Virus record (IMG/VR): IMGVR_UViG_2515154169_000001
Location: 1 to 64,000 of that record
Length of the DNA stretch: 64,000 nt
Direction: 5' to 3' (one strand)
Source of the DNA: a virus
Taxonomy: Duplodnaviria; Caudoviricetes
Shown piece by piece: positions 9,961 through 18,464 of the stretch. Each line of letters opens with the position of its first letter. Within the stretch, counting starts at the first letter, position 1. The translations under genes and the position numbers were made by a program. Under the pieces are notes generated by a model. The model saw only the letters and a program-made list of their open reading frames with translations, was not told the DNA's origin and ran no database searches.

Positions 9961-9994
9961 GGCTGCGCCCCGCCCACCCGGGCGGGGCGCAGCC
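9961..9994 (+). terminator. GC hairpin after parB
   Basis: GGCTGCGCCCCGCCC-ACCC-GGGCGGGGCGCAGCC. Confidence 0.65.
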
Positions 9995-10019
9995 GCTGCC
10001 CGAACGAAGGAGACCGAGC

Positions 10020-10560
10020 ATGTACCCACACTACGAGCTACCGAGTGAGCGAGTGATTGCTTATACGGCCGCCATGATCGACGGCGAGGGCAGTATCTGC
10101 ATCCAAGGGTCCCATTACCAGGTCAACATCACCCAAGGCGTGGTGAATGACGGCGAGGACCTTTGCAGGTGGTTCGCCGAAGTCTGGGGATTCGGATACG
10201 TCGGCTGCCATCAGGGCGCGAGGAAGAACATGCACTGGAGGTGGGCGGTTGCTCAGACACATCAGTTGGACCACCTGCTGACGGCCTGCCTCCCGGACAT
10301 GCGGGTCAAGAAGCAGAAGGCAATCGATGCGCTCGAATGGATCCACGGGCGTATCGCAGAGGGACGCAGGTGCCATTGGATGCGGCGAGGACCGGTGGTT
10401 GCTCGACCACTGGGATCAGCCTGATGCGGAGCTGGGTGCGGCATTCGGTCGCTCCAGGCAGTCGGTGATGAACCGCCGGAAGCTCATTCGCCCCGGAGCA
10501 CCTGACCGTCGGGGGCTGGCGAACAAGCGGCGCGCACAGCCCCGGCCGTCCCCCAGCTGA
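10020..10560 (+). pseudogene. LAGLIDADG-like endonuclease with a C-terminal HTH-like tail, frameshifted near 10380
   Basis: AYTAAMIDGEG motif; the protein-like sequence continues as EDRWLLDHW...FGRSRQSVMNRR in another frame. Confidence 0.65.
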
Positions 10561-10699
10561 CGCCCCGGCAGCCGCCCAGGCGTCACCTGCCCTCTCCTGG
10601 GACGTAGGCGGCGCCCCTTCCCCCTCCATCCCCGGAGGGCTTCGCGGCGGTCACAGCGGCGTCCACGCCGCCCCGGCCAGAGGCGCCCCGCACCCTGTC

Positions 10700-10786
10700 T
10701 GACCTGCGGTTTCTTAGAAGTTTTGTTGACCAAATCCACTTGGTCTGTGCGGTTAGTCCAAGTGGTTTTGGTCAAGGATGGAAGTA
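10700..10786 (+). promoter_or_regulatory. Early promoter/operator module, copy 4
   Basis: Near-identical to 8701-8786. Confidence 0.8.
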
Positions 10787-10870
10787 GTGCCAACCACCCC
10801 AAAATCCCCACCCCGAGAGCGCCCGCCAATCGCGGTGAGCGCCGTCCGGCATGCCCGAAAGGAACCTCCG

Positions 10871-11701
10871 ATGCGAATCCCGAACGAAGTCCTCGCCGTC
10901 CTCACCGACCGGCGGACGGTCATCAACCGCGACCGGGTGCAGATCCCGTTCCCGCTCGACCGGCCCGTGTACGACCAGGTCAACCGGATCCTCAAGGAGT
11001 TCGGCGGCCGGTGGGACGGCAGGCAGAAGGTCCGGGCCCACGTCTTCCCTTATCTGATCGAGGACTTCATGCGGCAATCGCTGCTCCTCGGAGAGTTCCC
11101 GTCCAAGCAGGACGAAGGATGGTTCCCCACCCCGCCCGCCGTGGTGGAGGAGATCCTCACGCTCGCCGGCATCCACCAGGGCGTCACGGTCCTCGAGCCG
11201 TCAGCCGGCGCCGGGGCCATCGCCGGACCGGCCGCCGCCCGAGGCGCCGTCGTCGACTGCGTCGAGATCAACGAGCGCCGCGCCCAGGTCCTCCGCGAGC
11301 ACAGCGGAGCCCGCCGCGTCCGCCACGCCGACTTCCTCCAGCTCGACCCGCTCGACTACGAGACCGGGTTCGACCGGGTCCTGATGAACCCGCCGTTCCA
11401 CAGCGGCCTGGACCACATCCGGCACGCCATGGGCTTCCTCGGCGAGGACGCGCTCCTCGTCGCCGTCATGTCCGCAGGCATCACCTGGTGGACGGACCGC
11501 AAGAGCACCGAACTCCGCGAGCTGATCGAAGAGGCCAACGGCGAGTTCATCCCGCTCCCCGACGACGCCTTCGCAGAGTCCGGCGCCAACGTCCGCACCG
11601 TCCTCGTCACCGCCGAGACCTGGCCCGGCCGCCGCCGGGTCCTCCCCGACCACGCCTGGCACCGGGCCCAGCCCCGCCAGCTCGACCTGTTCGCCGCCTA
11701 G
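10871..11701 (+). CDS. SAM-dependent N6-adenine-type DNA methyltransferase
   Basis: WFPTP, VLEPSAGAG (motif I), MNPPF (motif IV); ends in QLDLFAA. Confidence 0.85.
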   Translation: MRIPNEVLAVLTDRRTVINRDRVQIPFPLDRPVYDQVNRILKEFGGRWDGRQKVRAHVFPYLIEDFMRQSLLLGEFPSKQDEGWFPTPPAVVEEILTLAGIHQGVTVLEPSAGAGAIAGPAAARGAVVDCVEINERRAQVLREHSGARRVRHADFLQLDPLDYETGFDRVLMNPPFHSGLDHIRHAMGFLGEDALLVAVMSAGITWWTDRKSTELRELIEEANGEFIPLPDDAFAESGANVRTVLVTAETWPGRRRVLPDHAWHRAQPRQLDLFAA

Positions 11702-11768
11702 CCGGGACGCCCATGCGCGCCCGACTGGTACACCTCTCCACCCATTTCCACCGAGAAAGGACCCCATC

Positions 11769-12200
11769 GTGAGCGATTCGCTCGCCCTCGCCACCTGCAC
11801 CTACCAAGAGTTCCAGCCCGTCATGGGCGTGCCCGTGCGGACCACCGCCGGGCACCCCCGATTCCCCCTCGCCTACCAGCTCGCCGGCCACGCCCGGCTC
11901 GTCACCCCGACCCGACAGCTGCTCGCCGCGAACCTCCCCGAGGATGCCTACGAGTTCAGCTACCGGCGCCTGCTCGCCGGTCACGGCCTCGACGCCATCA
12001 CCGCCGAACTCGCCGCGATCGCCGCAGGCCACGAGCCCGGCCGCCCGCTGGTCCTGCTCTGCTTCGACCGCCTGAACAAGCCCGGCGCATGGTGCCACAG
12101 GAGTCACCTGGCCAGGTGGTGGACCGAGCAGACCGGCCAGGACGTGCCCGAACTCGGGGCCCGCCCCGCCGGGCCCCCGCCCGCAACCCTCTTCGACTGA
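11769..12200 (+). CDS. DUF488-like protein
   Basis: VLLCFD...WCHRSHLARWW motif. Confidence 0.6.
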   Translation: MSDSLALATCTYQEFQPVMGVPVRTTAGHPRFPLAYQLAGHARLVTPTRQLLAANLPEDAYEFSYRRLLAGHGLDAITAELAAIAAGHEPGRPLVLLCFDRLNKPGAWCHRSHLARWWTEQTGQDVPELGARPAGPPPATLFD

Positions 12201-12280
12201 CCCCACCCCGACAACCGACGGCCGGGACGCCAAGCGTCCCGGCCGTCCCCATGCCCGCACGGGAAGAACGGAGCGCCCGC

Positions 12281-12772
12281 ATGAGCGCCAACCACATCAC
12301 CAGCCGCGTCAGCATCGACGACCTGCTCGGCCCCTTCGAGGCCGAGGTCGACCCCACGAACCGGTGGAACGGCTTCCTCTACCCGCACTTCGCACTGGAC
12401 GCCGTCCGCCAGCTCGCCGCCCGCACCCAAGAGGTCGCCGCCCAGTACGGCCACGACGCCTACGACACCGTGCACGTCATCGACGGCAGCGCCGACAGCG
12501 AAGGCCAGCCGCGCGCGGTCGTCCTGCTCATCAGCTGGAGGCACTTCGACGAGGGCCCCGAGTCGGTCACCGACATCGTCCAGCCGGACAGCCGCGGCCT
12601 CTACGACATCGGCGGCGGGTCCTGGGCCTGGTCCTTCGCCGGCTGGTGGTGCGCCTGCGGCTTTGACCAGGACTGGCACGAAACGCAGTGCGGCAACTGC
12701 GACCTGACCCGCGACACCCAGCCGTCCACGAAGCCCGGCGACTGCGGCGAGCCCGCCCAGCCCTCCGCCTGA
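12281..12772 (+). CDS. Hypothetical protein with C-terminal Zn-ribbon-like Cys motifs
   Basis: RBS GGAG; WWCACG...CGNC. Confidence 0.7.
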   Translation: MSANHITSRVSIDDLLGPFEAEVDPTNRWNGFLYPHFALDAVRQLAARTQEVAAQYGHDAYDTVHVIDGSADSEGQPRAVVLLISWRHFDEGPESVTDIVQPDSRGLYDIGGGSWAWSFAGWWCACGFDQDWHETQCGNCDLTRDTQPSTKPGDCGEPAQPSA

Positions 12773-12807
12773 CCTCCCCTCCCTCAACCGAAGCAAGGAG
12801 CAGCGCC

Positions 12808-13501
12808 ATGGCCGCCTACCGCAACGACGACACCGAGTTGACCTTGATGGACTGGTTCTGTGCGGACACAGAGACCGAGATCCTTACCGCCCGTGGCTGG
12901 CGGCGATACGACCAAGTCGCGGTCGGGGATCTGGTCGCCAGCCTCAACACGCGCGACGGCATCGCCCGCTGGGTGCCGGTCCAGCGGATGAACGTCTTCA
13001 ACGTGGCCGAAGCGAAGATGCTGAGGGTCGAAGGCAAGGCGATGTCGGCCCTCGTGACAGCCGGCCACCGCTGGCCCGTACGGCAGCGCATCGGCACCCC
13101 ATCCGGGCGTCGGCAAGAGTGGCAGGTCCGGACCTCCGACCAGCTCACCCTGGAATCGTCGGTCGTCCGCAGCGCCCCCTTCGAGCACCCGGAGCACGGC
13201 AGCCAGGAGCGAGCCGATCGGTACCCTGCCCACTCGCGACCGGTACGCCCTGGTCGCCGGCGAGATCGACGTGAACGACGTCCTGTTCCGGATGCTCGAA
13301 CCCCACGAGATCGGCCGGGCGATGAGCTTCCACCCGGACTACGTGGTGCTCGGCTCCAAGCGGGACCGCGTCCGCCAGTACGGCAACGCCGTCACCCCGC
13401 CCGTCGCCGAGGTCATCCTGTGCGCCCTCGTCGAGGCCATCACCGGCGAGCCGATCGACCGCCACGGGCCGACGAAGGAGCGCTTCGCCCCCGCCGCGTG
13501 A
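12808..13501 (+). pseudogene. C5-cytosine DNA methyltransferase, internally deleted, with an intein remnant
   Basis: Motif I MDWF followed by the intein N-terminus CADTETEILTARGW from 12859. Motifs IX/X (RMLEPHE...QYGNAVTPPVA) lie in another frame; the catalytic PC motif is absent. Confidence 0.8.
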
Positions 13502-13587
13502 CCCCCTGCTGACCGGGCCGGGGCGGGCGACTTCAACCCGCCCGCCCCGGCCCCACCTCCCCTCTCTCAACCCGAAGGAGCACAGCC

Positions 13588-14409
13588 ATGCGCCTCATCG
13601 GCATGCCCGCCAGCACCCAGGCCGCAGGCCTGTTCGTCGCCGCCTTCAACCACGTCTTCGAGGACGACCCGACCATGACGGTCCGCGTCCGCCGCGCGGA
13701 CGGCACCGGCGTGGAAGTCGCCGGCGAGCTCGACGACTACGAGATGCGATTCAGCCCGGCCGCCGTGAGCGCGGTCGTCGGCGAGATCGCCGGCGTCCTC
13801 GACGACCCCGCAGGCCGGGCGGTCTTGTCCGTCACCGTCCCGGACGACCGGAGCCCCAACGGCTCCGGCACCTGGGCGTGGAACCTGCCCGACCTCAGCA
13901 CGCTGACCTCCGAGGGCGCCCGGATGTGGCTCGACGAGCCCGCCTCGTACCTGGGCGCCGAGCACGGAGGGCACGACATCCAGGGCGCGTTCTGCGACCT
14001 CGACGCCACCGCGCTCACCGACGACGTGAAAGGGCTGCTTCTCGCAACCGACATGGCCCGGTACGGCGACCACCGCCCCGGTACGGCCGCCAGCTACCTG
14101 TACCGGGAACTGCGGATCGCCGGCTTCGCCGCGCGGGGCGAGGGCGACAGCAGCGGCGGGTGGCTCGCCATGGACCTCGGCGACGACGTCGAGATCTGGA
14201 TCAACGGCGCCGAGGGGCCGCGCGAGAACGAGATCTCGTACCCGGTCGGCGAGCACCGCGGCTGGTTGGCCTGCTTCTACCCGGACGGCGGCTACAGCGG
14301 CGAGTTCGAAGAGATCTATCGCTCGCAGAGCAACGACTTGCGCGCGGATACCCGGGCGGTCGTCGCGGCGGTGGCCGCACGGATCGCCGAGCACCGTGCC
14401 GCCCGGTAG
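13588..14409 (+). CDS. Hypothetical protein
   Basis: RBS GAAGGAG and high GC3. Confidence 0.75.
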   Translation: MRLIGMPASTQAAGLFVAAFNHVFEDDPTMTVRVRRADGTGVEVAGELDDYEMRFSPAAVSAVVGEIAGVLDDPAGRAVLSVTVPDDRSPNGSGTWAWNLPDLSTLTSEGARMWLDEPASYLGAEHGGHDIQGAFCDLDATALTDDVKGLLLATDMARYGDHRPGTAASYLYRELRIAGFAARGEGDSSGGWLAMDLGDDVEIWINGAEGPRENEISYPVGEHRGWLACFYPDGGYSGEFEEIYRSQSNDLRADTRAVVAAVAARIAEHRAAR

Positions 14410-14534
14410 GCGGCCGGCTGGTGGGGGCCGGGAATCCCGGCCCCAGCTGCGGCGGTGAGCGGGAGTCACAAGGCCGTCCAGCGGCGCCCCTGACCGGCCC
14501 CCGGGGCACACCTCCCCGCGCCTGATGGGCCGGT

Positions 14535-14619
14535 TGACCTGTGGCTTCCTGGAAGTTCCTTTGCCAAATCTCTTTGGATTACGGGTTAGTCCAAAGCGAT
14601 TTGGTCAAGGATGGAAGTA
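14535..14619 (+). promoter_or_regulatory. Early promoter/operator module, copy 5
   Basis: TGACCTGTGG...CCAAATCTCTTTGG...CCAAAGCGATTTGG...AAGGATGGAAGTA. Confidence 0.8.
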
Positions 14620-14661
14620 GAACACAACACCACAAACCGCCACCCCCCAAGGGAGAACGAC

Positions 14662-15036
14662 ATGACCGCCACCGCCCTCACCCCCGCCCAGCTCGCCCAC
14701 GGTCTTCGCATCTTCACCGAGGGCGCGTTCGAACTGGACGAAGCGGCCCGCGCCCGGCTGACCAAGGCCCTGGCCTCCGGCGAGCACATCTCCTCCTTCC
14801 TCCTGGAGGGCGTGGTCGAGAAGCAGGCCGACGCGGCCAACTGGCGGCAGCTGATCAACCGTCTGGACAAGGGCGAGGACGTGATCGAGGCCGTCACCAC
14901 CATCCGCCGGATGCTGACCAAGAAGCTGCTGGAGTACGGCGAGTCGACCTCCACCTCGGCGATCGCGAACGACATGAACCGCCAGGAGCGCGAGGCGGCC
15001 CGGCGCTTCCTCGACCGCACCGGCGGCCTGATCTGA
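14662..15036 (+). CDS. Hypothetical helical protein
   Basis: RBS AAGGGAG and high GC3. Confidence 0.75.
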   Translation: MTATALTPAQLAHGLRIFTEGAFELDEAARARLTKALASGEHISSFLLEGVVEKQADAANWRQLINRLDKGEDVIEAVTTIRRMLTKKLLEYGESTSTSAIANDMNRQEREAARRFLDRTGGLI

Positions 15037-15098
15037 CCCACACCTCACCGGGCCCGCCCCAACCGGGGCGGGCCCCACCCCGCACGAGAGGAACCCCG

Positions 15099-16295
15099 AT
15101 GACCGAGACCTGCCCGACCAGCCCCGAAGAGGCCGCCCTGTCCCACGCGTTCAACGACGCGTACGCGACAGCCACGCAGGCCCGCCGCGATGCGCTGGCC
15201 GCAGCCGCCGCCTACGTCGCCCACCTGATCCGGCCTCACCTGCCGGCCGCCGCGACGATCGGCGTCGACACCGCCGACGGCGAGCTGCGCACCGTCCGCG
15301 ACTGCGACCGCTCGGTGCTCTGGTACGCCCCGGCCAGCGCGGGCGCCGGTCTGCCCGACGGCGTCGTCGACGAGGTCGAGGGCCTGATGCGTGACGTGCT
15401 GGAACTGGGCGCAGACGAGAAGGCGCTCGAGGACATGGGGTGGTCGAACCCCGACGCGTACAGCGGCATGTACGACCTGACCCTGCCCGGGACGCCCGAG
15501 GAGCGTGAGCGCCGCGAGTACATCGTCGCCGGGCAGAAGCAGGGAGCCGGCTTCGAGCTGTGGGACGTTGCCCCGGCCCCGACCGACCCGGACAAGCGGG
15601 CGCGGGCCCTGGAGGAGCTGGAGGTCGACGCGCACGACGCGTTCGGCACGATCGAGACCGTGTGGGCAGCCACCGCCCGCGAGGCCGTCACCACCCTGGT
15701 CGCCGAACTGGGCAAGGTGTCCGGCCTCGCCGACTACGGGCTGACCGAGGACAGCAACACCGACTGCCTCAGCCCGGCTGCGAAGGCGGAGCCCGGGAAG
15801 GCCCGCGCGGCGGCCGTCGTGGGCCGTGTCCTGCACGAGGTCGAAGCCGGGTTCATCGCCGGTCACGGCCCGTTCCGCGTCACCGACTTCGACGGCACCG
15901 AGCAGCGGGAGACCAGCGACCGGATCCTCGCGGCCATCCTGAACTCGGGCATCGGCTGGCCGGGCGGCACCGTGGCCGCCCGCACCACCTGGACCGGCCC
16001 GAGCCCGGCCGGTGACCTGGCCATCGCGTGCGCGGCCCTCTCCGCGGCCGGTCCCCTGCCCGGCACGGTCCTGGAGCACGTGGCCGTCATCGGTGAACTC
16101 GGCCTCGACGGCACCCTCCGGTCGGCCGGCGACGTGCCCGCCGCGGTCGCCGCCGCGAGGAACGTGGGCCGCCGCACGGTGGTCGTGCCCGCCGAGCACG
16201 GCGCGCTCGACCTGCCCGGCGTGTTCGTGTGCGGCGCGGGGAACCTCCGCGACGCCCTGGCCCTGCTCAACGTGGGCGCCCAGGTCCTCCAGTAG
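15099..16295 (+). CDS. Hypothetical protein with a C-terminal ChlI/ComM(YifB)-type Lon-like domain and no ATPase
   Basis: ETSDRILAAILNSG...DLAIACAAL...IGELGLDGTLR...VVVP. Confidence 0.7.
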   Translation: MTETCPTSPEEAALSHAFNDAYATATQARRDALAAAAAYVAHLIRPHLPAAATIGVDTADGELRTVRDCDRSVLWYAPASAGAGLPDGVVDEVEGLMRDVLELGADEKALEDMGWSNPDAYSGMYDLTLPGTPEERERREYIVAGQKQGAGFELWDVAPAPTDPDKRARALEELEVDAHDAFGTIETVWAATAREAVTTLVAELGKVSGLADYGLTEDSNTDCLSPAAKAEPGKARAAAVVGRVLHEVEAGFIAGHGPFRVTDFDGTEQRETSDRILAAILNSGIGWPGGTVAARTTWTGPSPAGDLAIACAALSAAGPLPGTVLEHVAVIGELGLDGTLRSAGDVPAAVAAARNVGRRTVVVPAEHGALDLPGVFVCGAGNLRDALALLNVGAQVLQ

Positions 16296-16405
16296 CAGCC
16301 CGGCAGCAGGTGAGGCCCGGGGAGCAGGCAGCGCTCCCCGGGCCTCACCGCGTTTCTACCGGACTTCGGCCCGCCCGACCTCCCACACCCCGAGAGGACC
16401 CGACG

Positions 16406-17053
16406 ATGCGCCCCATCCGCCTCCCTGACGACCATCTCCCCCAGACCGGCGCGGCCACCTGGACGTGCCGCCAGTGCTCGGCCCCGTGGCCGTGCGATAC
16501 CGCGGCCTCGTACCTGACGCCGGGCCGGTGCGACTGCGGCAGCCCCACCTGGTGGGAGCAGCGCGGCCCCCGCCGCTGGCACACCGGCCCGCGCTGCCAC
16601 ACCGCAGCCGAGGCCGTCGCCGCCCGGGCCGCCGACACCGCGCAGGGCCGCGCGCCGCACTACCCGCCGAGCCACTACTACCCGCCGAAGCCGTACCGGC
16701 CGCGCCGCCAGCGCCCGCCCTACCGGCACGACCTCACCGGCCCCGGCGACGTCCGACCCGGCCTGTGGCTGTGGGTCAAGCCCGGCGGGCTGCACCCCGG
16801 CTGGGGCGACATCCACCTCCTCGCCATGCTCACCGCCCCCCGCGCCCCGAAGTGTGAGATCTGGCTGTCGCTGGACGGCACCGTGCACGACGTCCGGGCG
16901 GACCACCTGATCCTGTTGGGCCTGCCCCGCGGTCTCCGCGCCGACTGGGCCCGGTGGACGGTCGCCCGGCACCTCGAACACGCGGCACCCGCGGCCCCGG
17001 CCCGCCCCCAGCCGGTGCAACCGGACCTGTTCAGCGGCCTCACCGGCGCCTAA
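16406..17053 (+). CDS. Hypothetical Zn-binding protein
   Basis: WTCRQCSAPWPC; RBS GAGAGGA. Confidence 0.65.
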   Translation: MRPIRLPDDHLPQTGAATWTCRQCSAPWPCDTAASYLTPGRCDCGSPTWWEQRGPRRWHTGPRCHTAAEAVAARAADTAQGRAPHYPPSHYYPPKPYRPRRQRPPYRHDLTGPGDVRPGLWLWVKPGGLHPGWGDIHLLAMLTAPRAPKCEIWLSLDGTVHDVRADHLILLGLPRGLRADWARWTVARHLEHAAPAAPARPQPVQPDLFSGLTGA

Positions 17054-17157
17054 GCCGATCACACCCCCCTGCCTTCCCTCCCCCCAAGTGGCCGCCACGA
17101 GGCGGCCACAGCCCCATCCAGCCCCGCCCCCACCGACACCACCAGGAGCCACCCCCC

Positions 17158-17601
17158 GTGACCAGCCCGAATCAGCCCCTCATCGTGATCCCCTGCGCCC
17201 GGCTCAAGTGGCACGAGCCTGCCCCGGCCGGGAAGTTCTACATCGGCCGCTACCACCAGGCGTGCAGGCAGGCCGCCGACGCCCTCACCCGCAACGGCGG
17301 CCAGGTCCTCATCCTGTCCGGCGGCTACGGCCTGGTCACCCTCGACCAGCGCCTGGAGCCGTACGACACCCGCATCGACGACCCGGACGCCGTCACCCCC
17401 GACGAGCTGCGCGCCCAGGCCCGCGCCCTGGCCGTCGACCAGGCCGACGACGTCACCGTGCTCGCCGGCGCCAAGTACGCCGCGGCGGCCCGTTCCGTGT
17501 GGCCCCGCGCGACGGCGCCGCTCCACGGCCTGGGCATCGGCCGCCAGCTCCAGCGCCTCGCACAGATCCGAGACGGGGCTGCAACGGCTGTGCAGCTTTG
17601 A
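17158..17601 (+). CDS. DUF6884/YaaA-like protein
   Basis: IVIPCxxxK...PAGKFYIG...ILSGGYGLV...EPYD. Confidence 0.65.
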   Translation: MTSPNQPLIVIPCARLKWHEPAPAGKFYIGRYHQACRQAADALTRNGGQVLILSGGYGLVTLDQRLEPYDTRIDDPDAVTPDELRAQARALAVDQADDVTVLAGAKYAAAARSVWPRATAPLHGLGIGRQLQRLAQIRDGAATAVQL

Positions 17602-17640
17602 GCGTCCTCGGTACTGACGGGATCTCAGGGGGAGGCGCGA

Positions 17641-18180
17641 ATGCAGACCGCACAGGGCATGGACTGGGGCACGGTACCGGCTTGGTTCAGCGCGATCCTG
17701 TCCGGCGGCTCGGTGCTGCTGGCGCTCTACATCATCCTGCGCGACCGGAAGAAGGCCGAGCGCGAAGATGCCATGAAGGTGATCTGCTGGCGGGACTCGA
17801 GCGATGAAGAGAGAACGACTCACGTGCGCAACGCTGCCGGTCGTGCAATTCACCATGTTCGGATGCTTGGCTGGCTGCGGCCGAATGGCGGGGGTACAGC
17901 CGAGGACGTGGGATTTGAGGGATGGGGGATTGCTGGACTTCTCCATCCCGATGAGGATGCGGAAGTTACGACGCTCTACAGGCTGGGCGATCGCAAGATC
18001 GTCCACTGGGCGGTGCAGTTCACGGATGCCGACGGCAGGCAGTGGGTGCGCGAGTTGAACAGCGGGCGGCTCGCAGAGCAGGTCTCACAGCGGCGCAAGG
18101 CCCTCTGGCGTCGTGCCGTGCGACGCGAAGTACGACACCGGCGCGCCATGTGGCGCCAGGTACGAGGCTACGGCAGATGA
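17641..18180 (+). CDS. Single-pass membrane protein (moron)
   Basis: RBS GGGAGG, N-terminal TM helix, FTDADGRQWVR motif, lower GC3. Confidence 0.7.
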   Translation: MQTAQGMDWGTVPAWFSAILSGGSVLLALYIILRDRKKAEREDAMKVICWRDSSDEERTTHVRNAAGRAIHHVRMLGWLRPNGGGTAEDVGFEGWGIAGLLHPDEDAEVTTLYRLGDRKIVHWAVQFTDADGRQWVRELNSGRLAEQVSQRRKALWRRAVRREVRHRRAMWRQVRGYGR

Positions 18181-18261
18181 CGGCACATCAAATCTGATCA
18201 CGGAGAGTGATGTATGCTCCGTGGCGGCCGGTCGTTCTGAGCAGCGGCGCGATCGGACCGC

Positions 18262-18334
18262 GCGTTGGTGGTGTAACAGCAGCACACCCGGCTTCCGGCC
18301 GGGAGGTCCAGGTGCGAATCCTGGCCGGCGCTCC
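18262..18334 (+). tRNA. tRNA-Gly(TCC), atypical
   Basis: Cloverleaf: acceptor GCGTTGG/CCGGCGC, D-arm GTGT/GCAC, anticodon arm CCCGG-CTTCCGG-CCGGG, T-arm CCAGG-TGCGAAT-CCTGG, discriminator T, then CC(G). Confidence 0.85.
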
Positions 18335-18337
18335 GAT

Positions 18338-18369
18338 GAAGGCCCCCGCCCAGCAGGGCGGGGGCCTTC
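18338..18369 (+). terminator. Hairpin after the tRNA
   Basis: GAAGGCCCCCGCCC-AGCA-GGGCGGGGGCCTTC. Confidence 0.75.
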
Positions 18370-18464
18370 GGCATTGAGCAGGGGAAACGCGGCAGATGCC
18401 GGATTAGCCGGTTGCGTTACCATCTCGCCCCGTCTTGACCGCCCCTCGTCGAGGAGCCGCCCCC

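Noticed and set aside
461-14619. Repeated palindromes as a CRISPR array
   Set aside because: Copies are dispersed over kilobases in front of operons, with no regular spacers and no cas genes.
18262-18334. tRNA as prophage attachment site
   Set aside because: No duplicated 3' end or integrase is visible, the tRNA is atypical, and co-oriented element genes continue on both sides.
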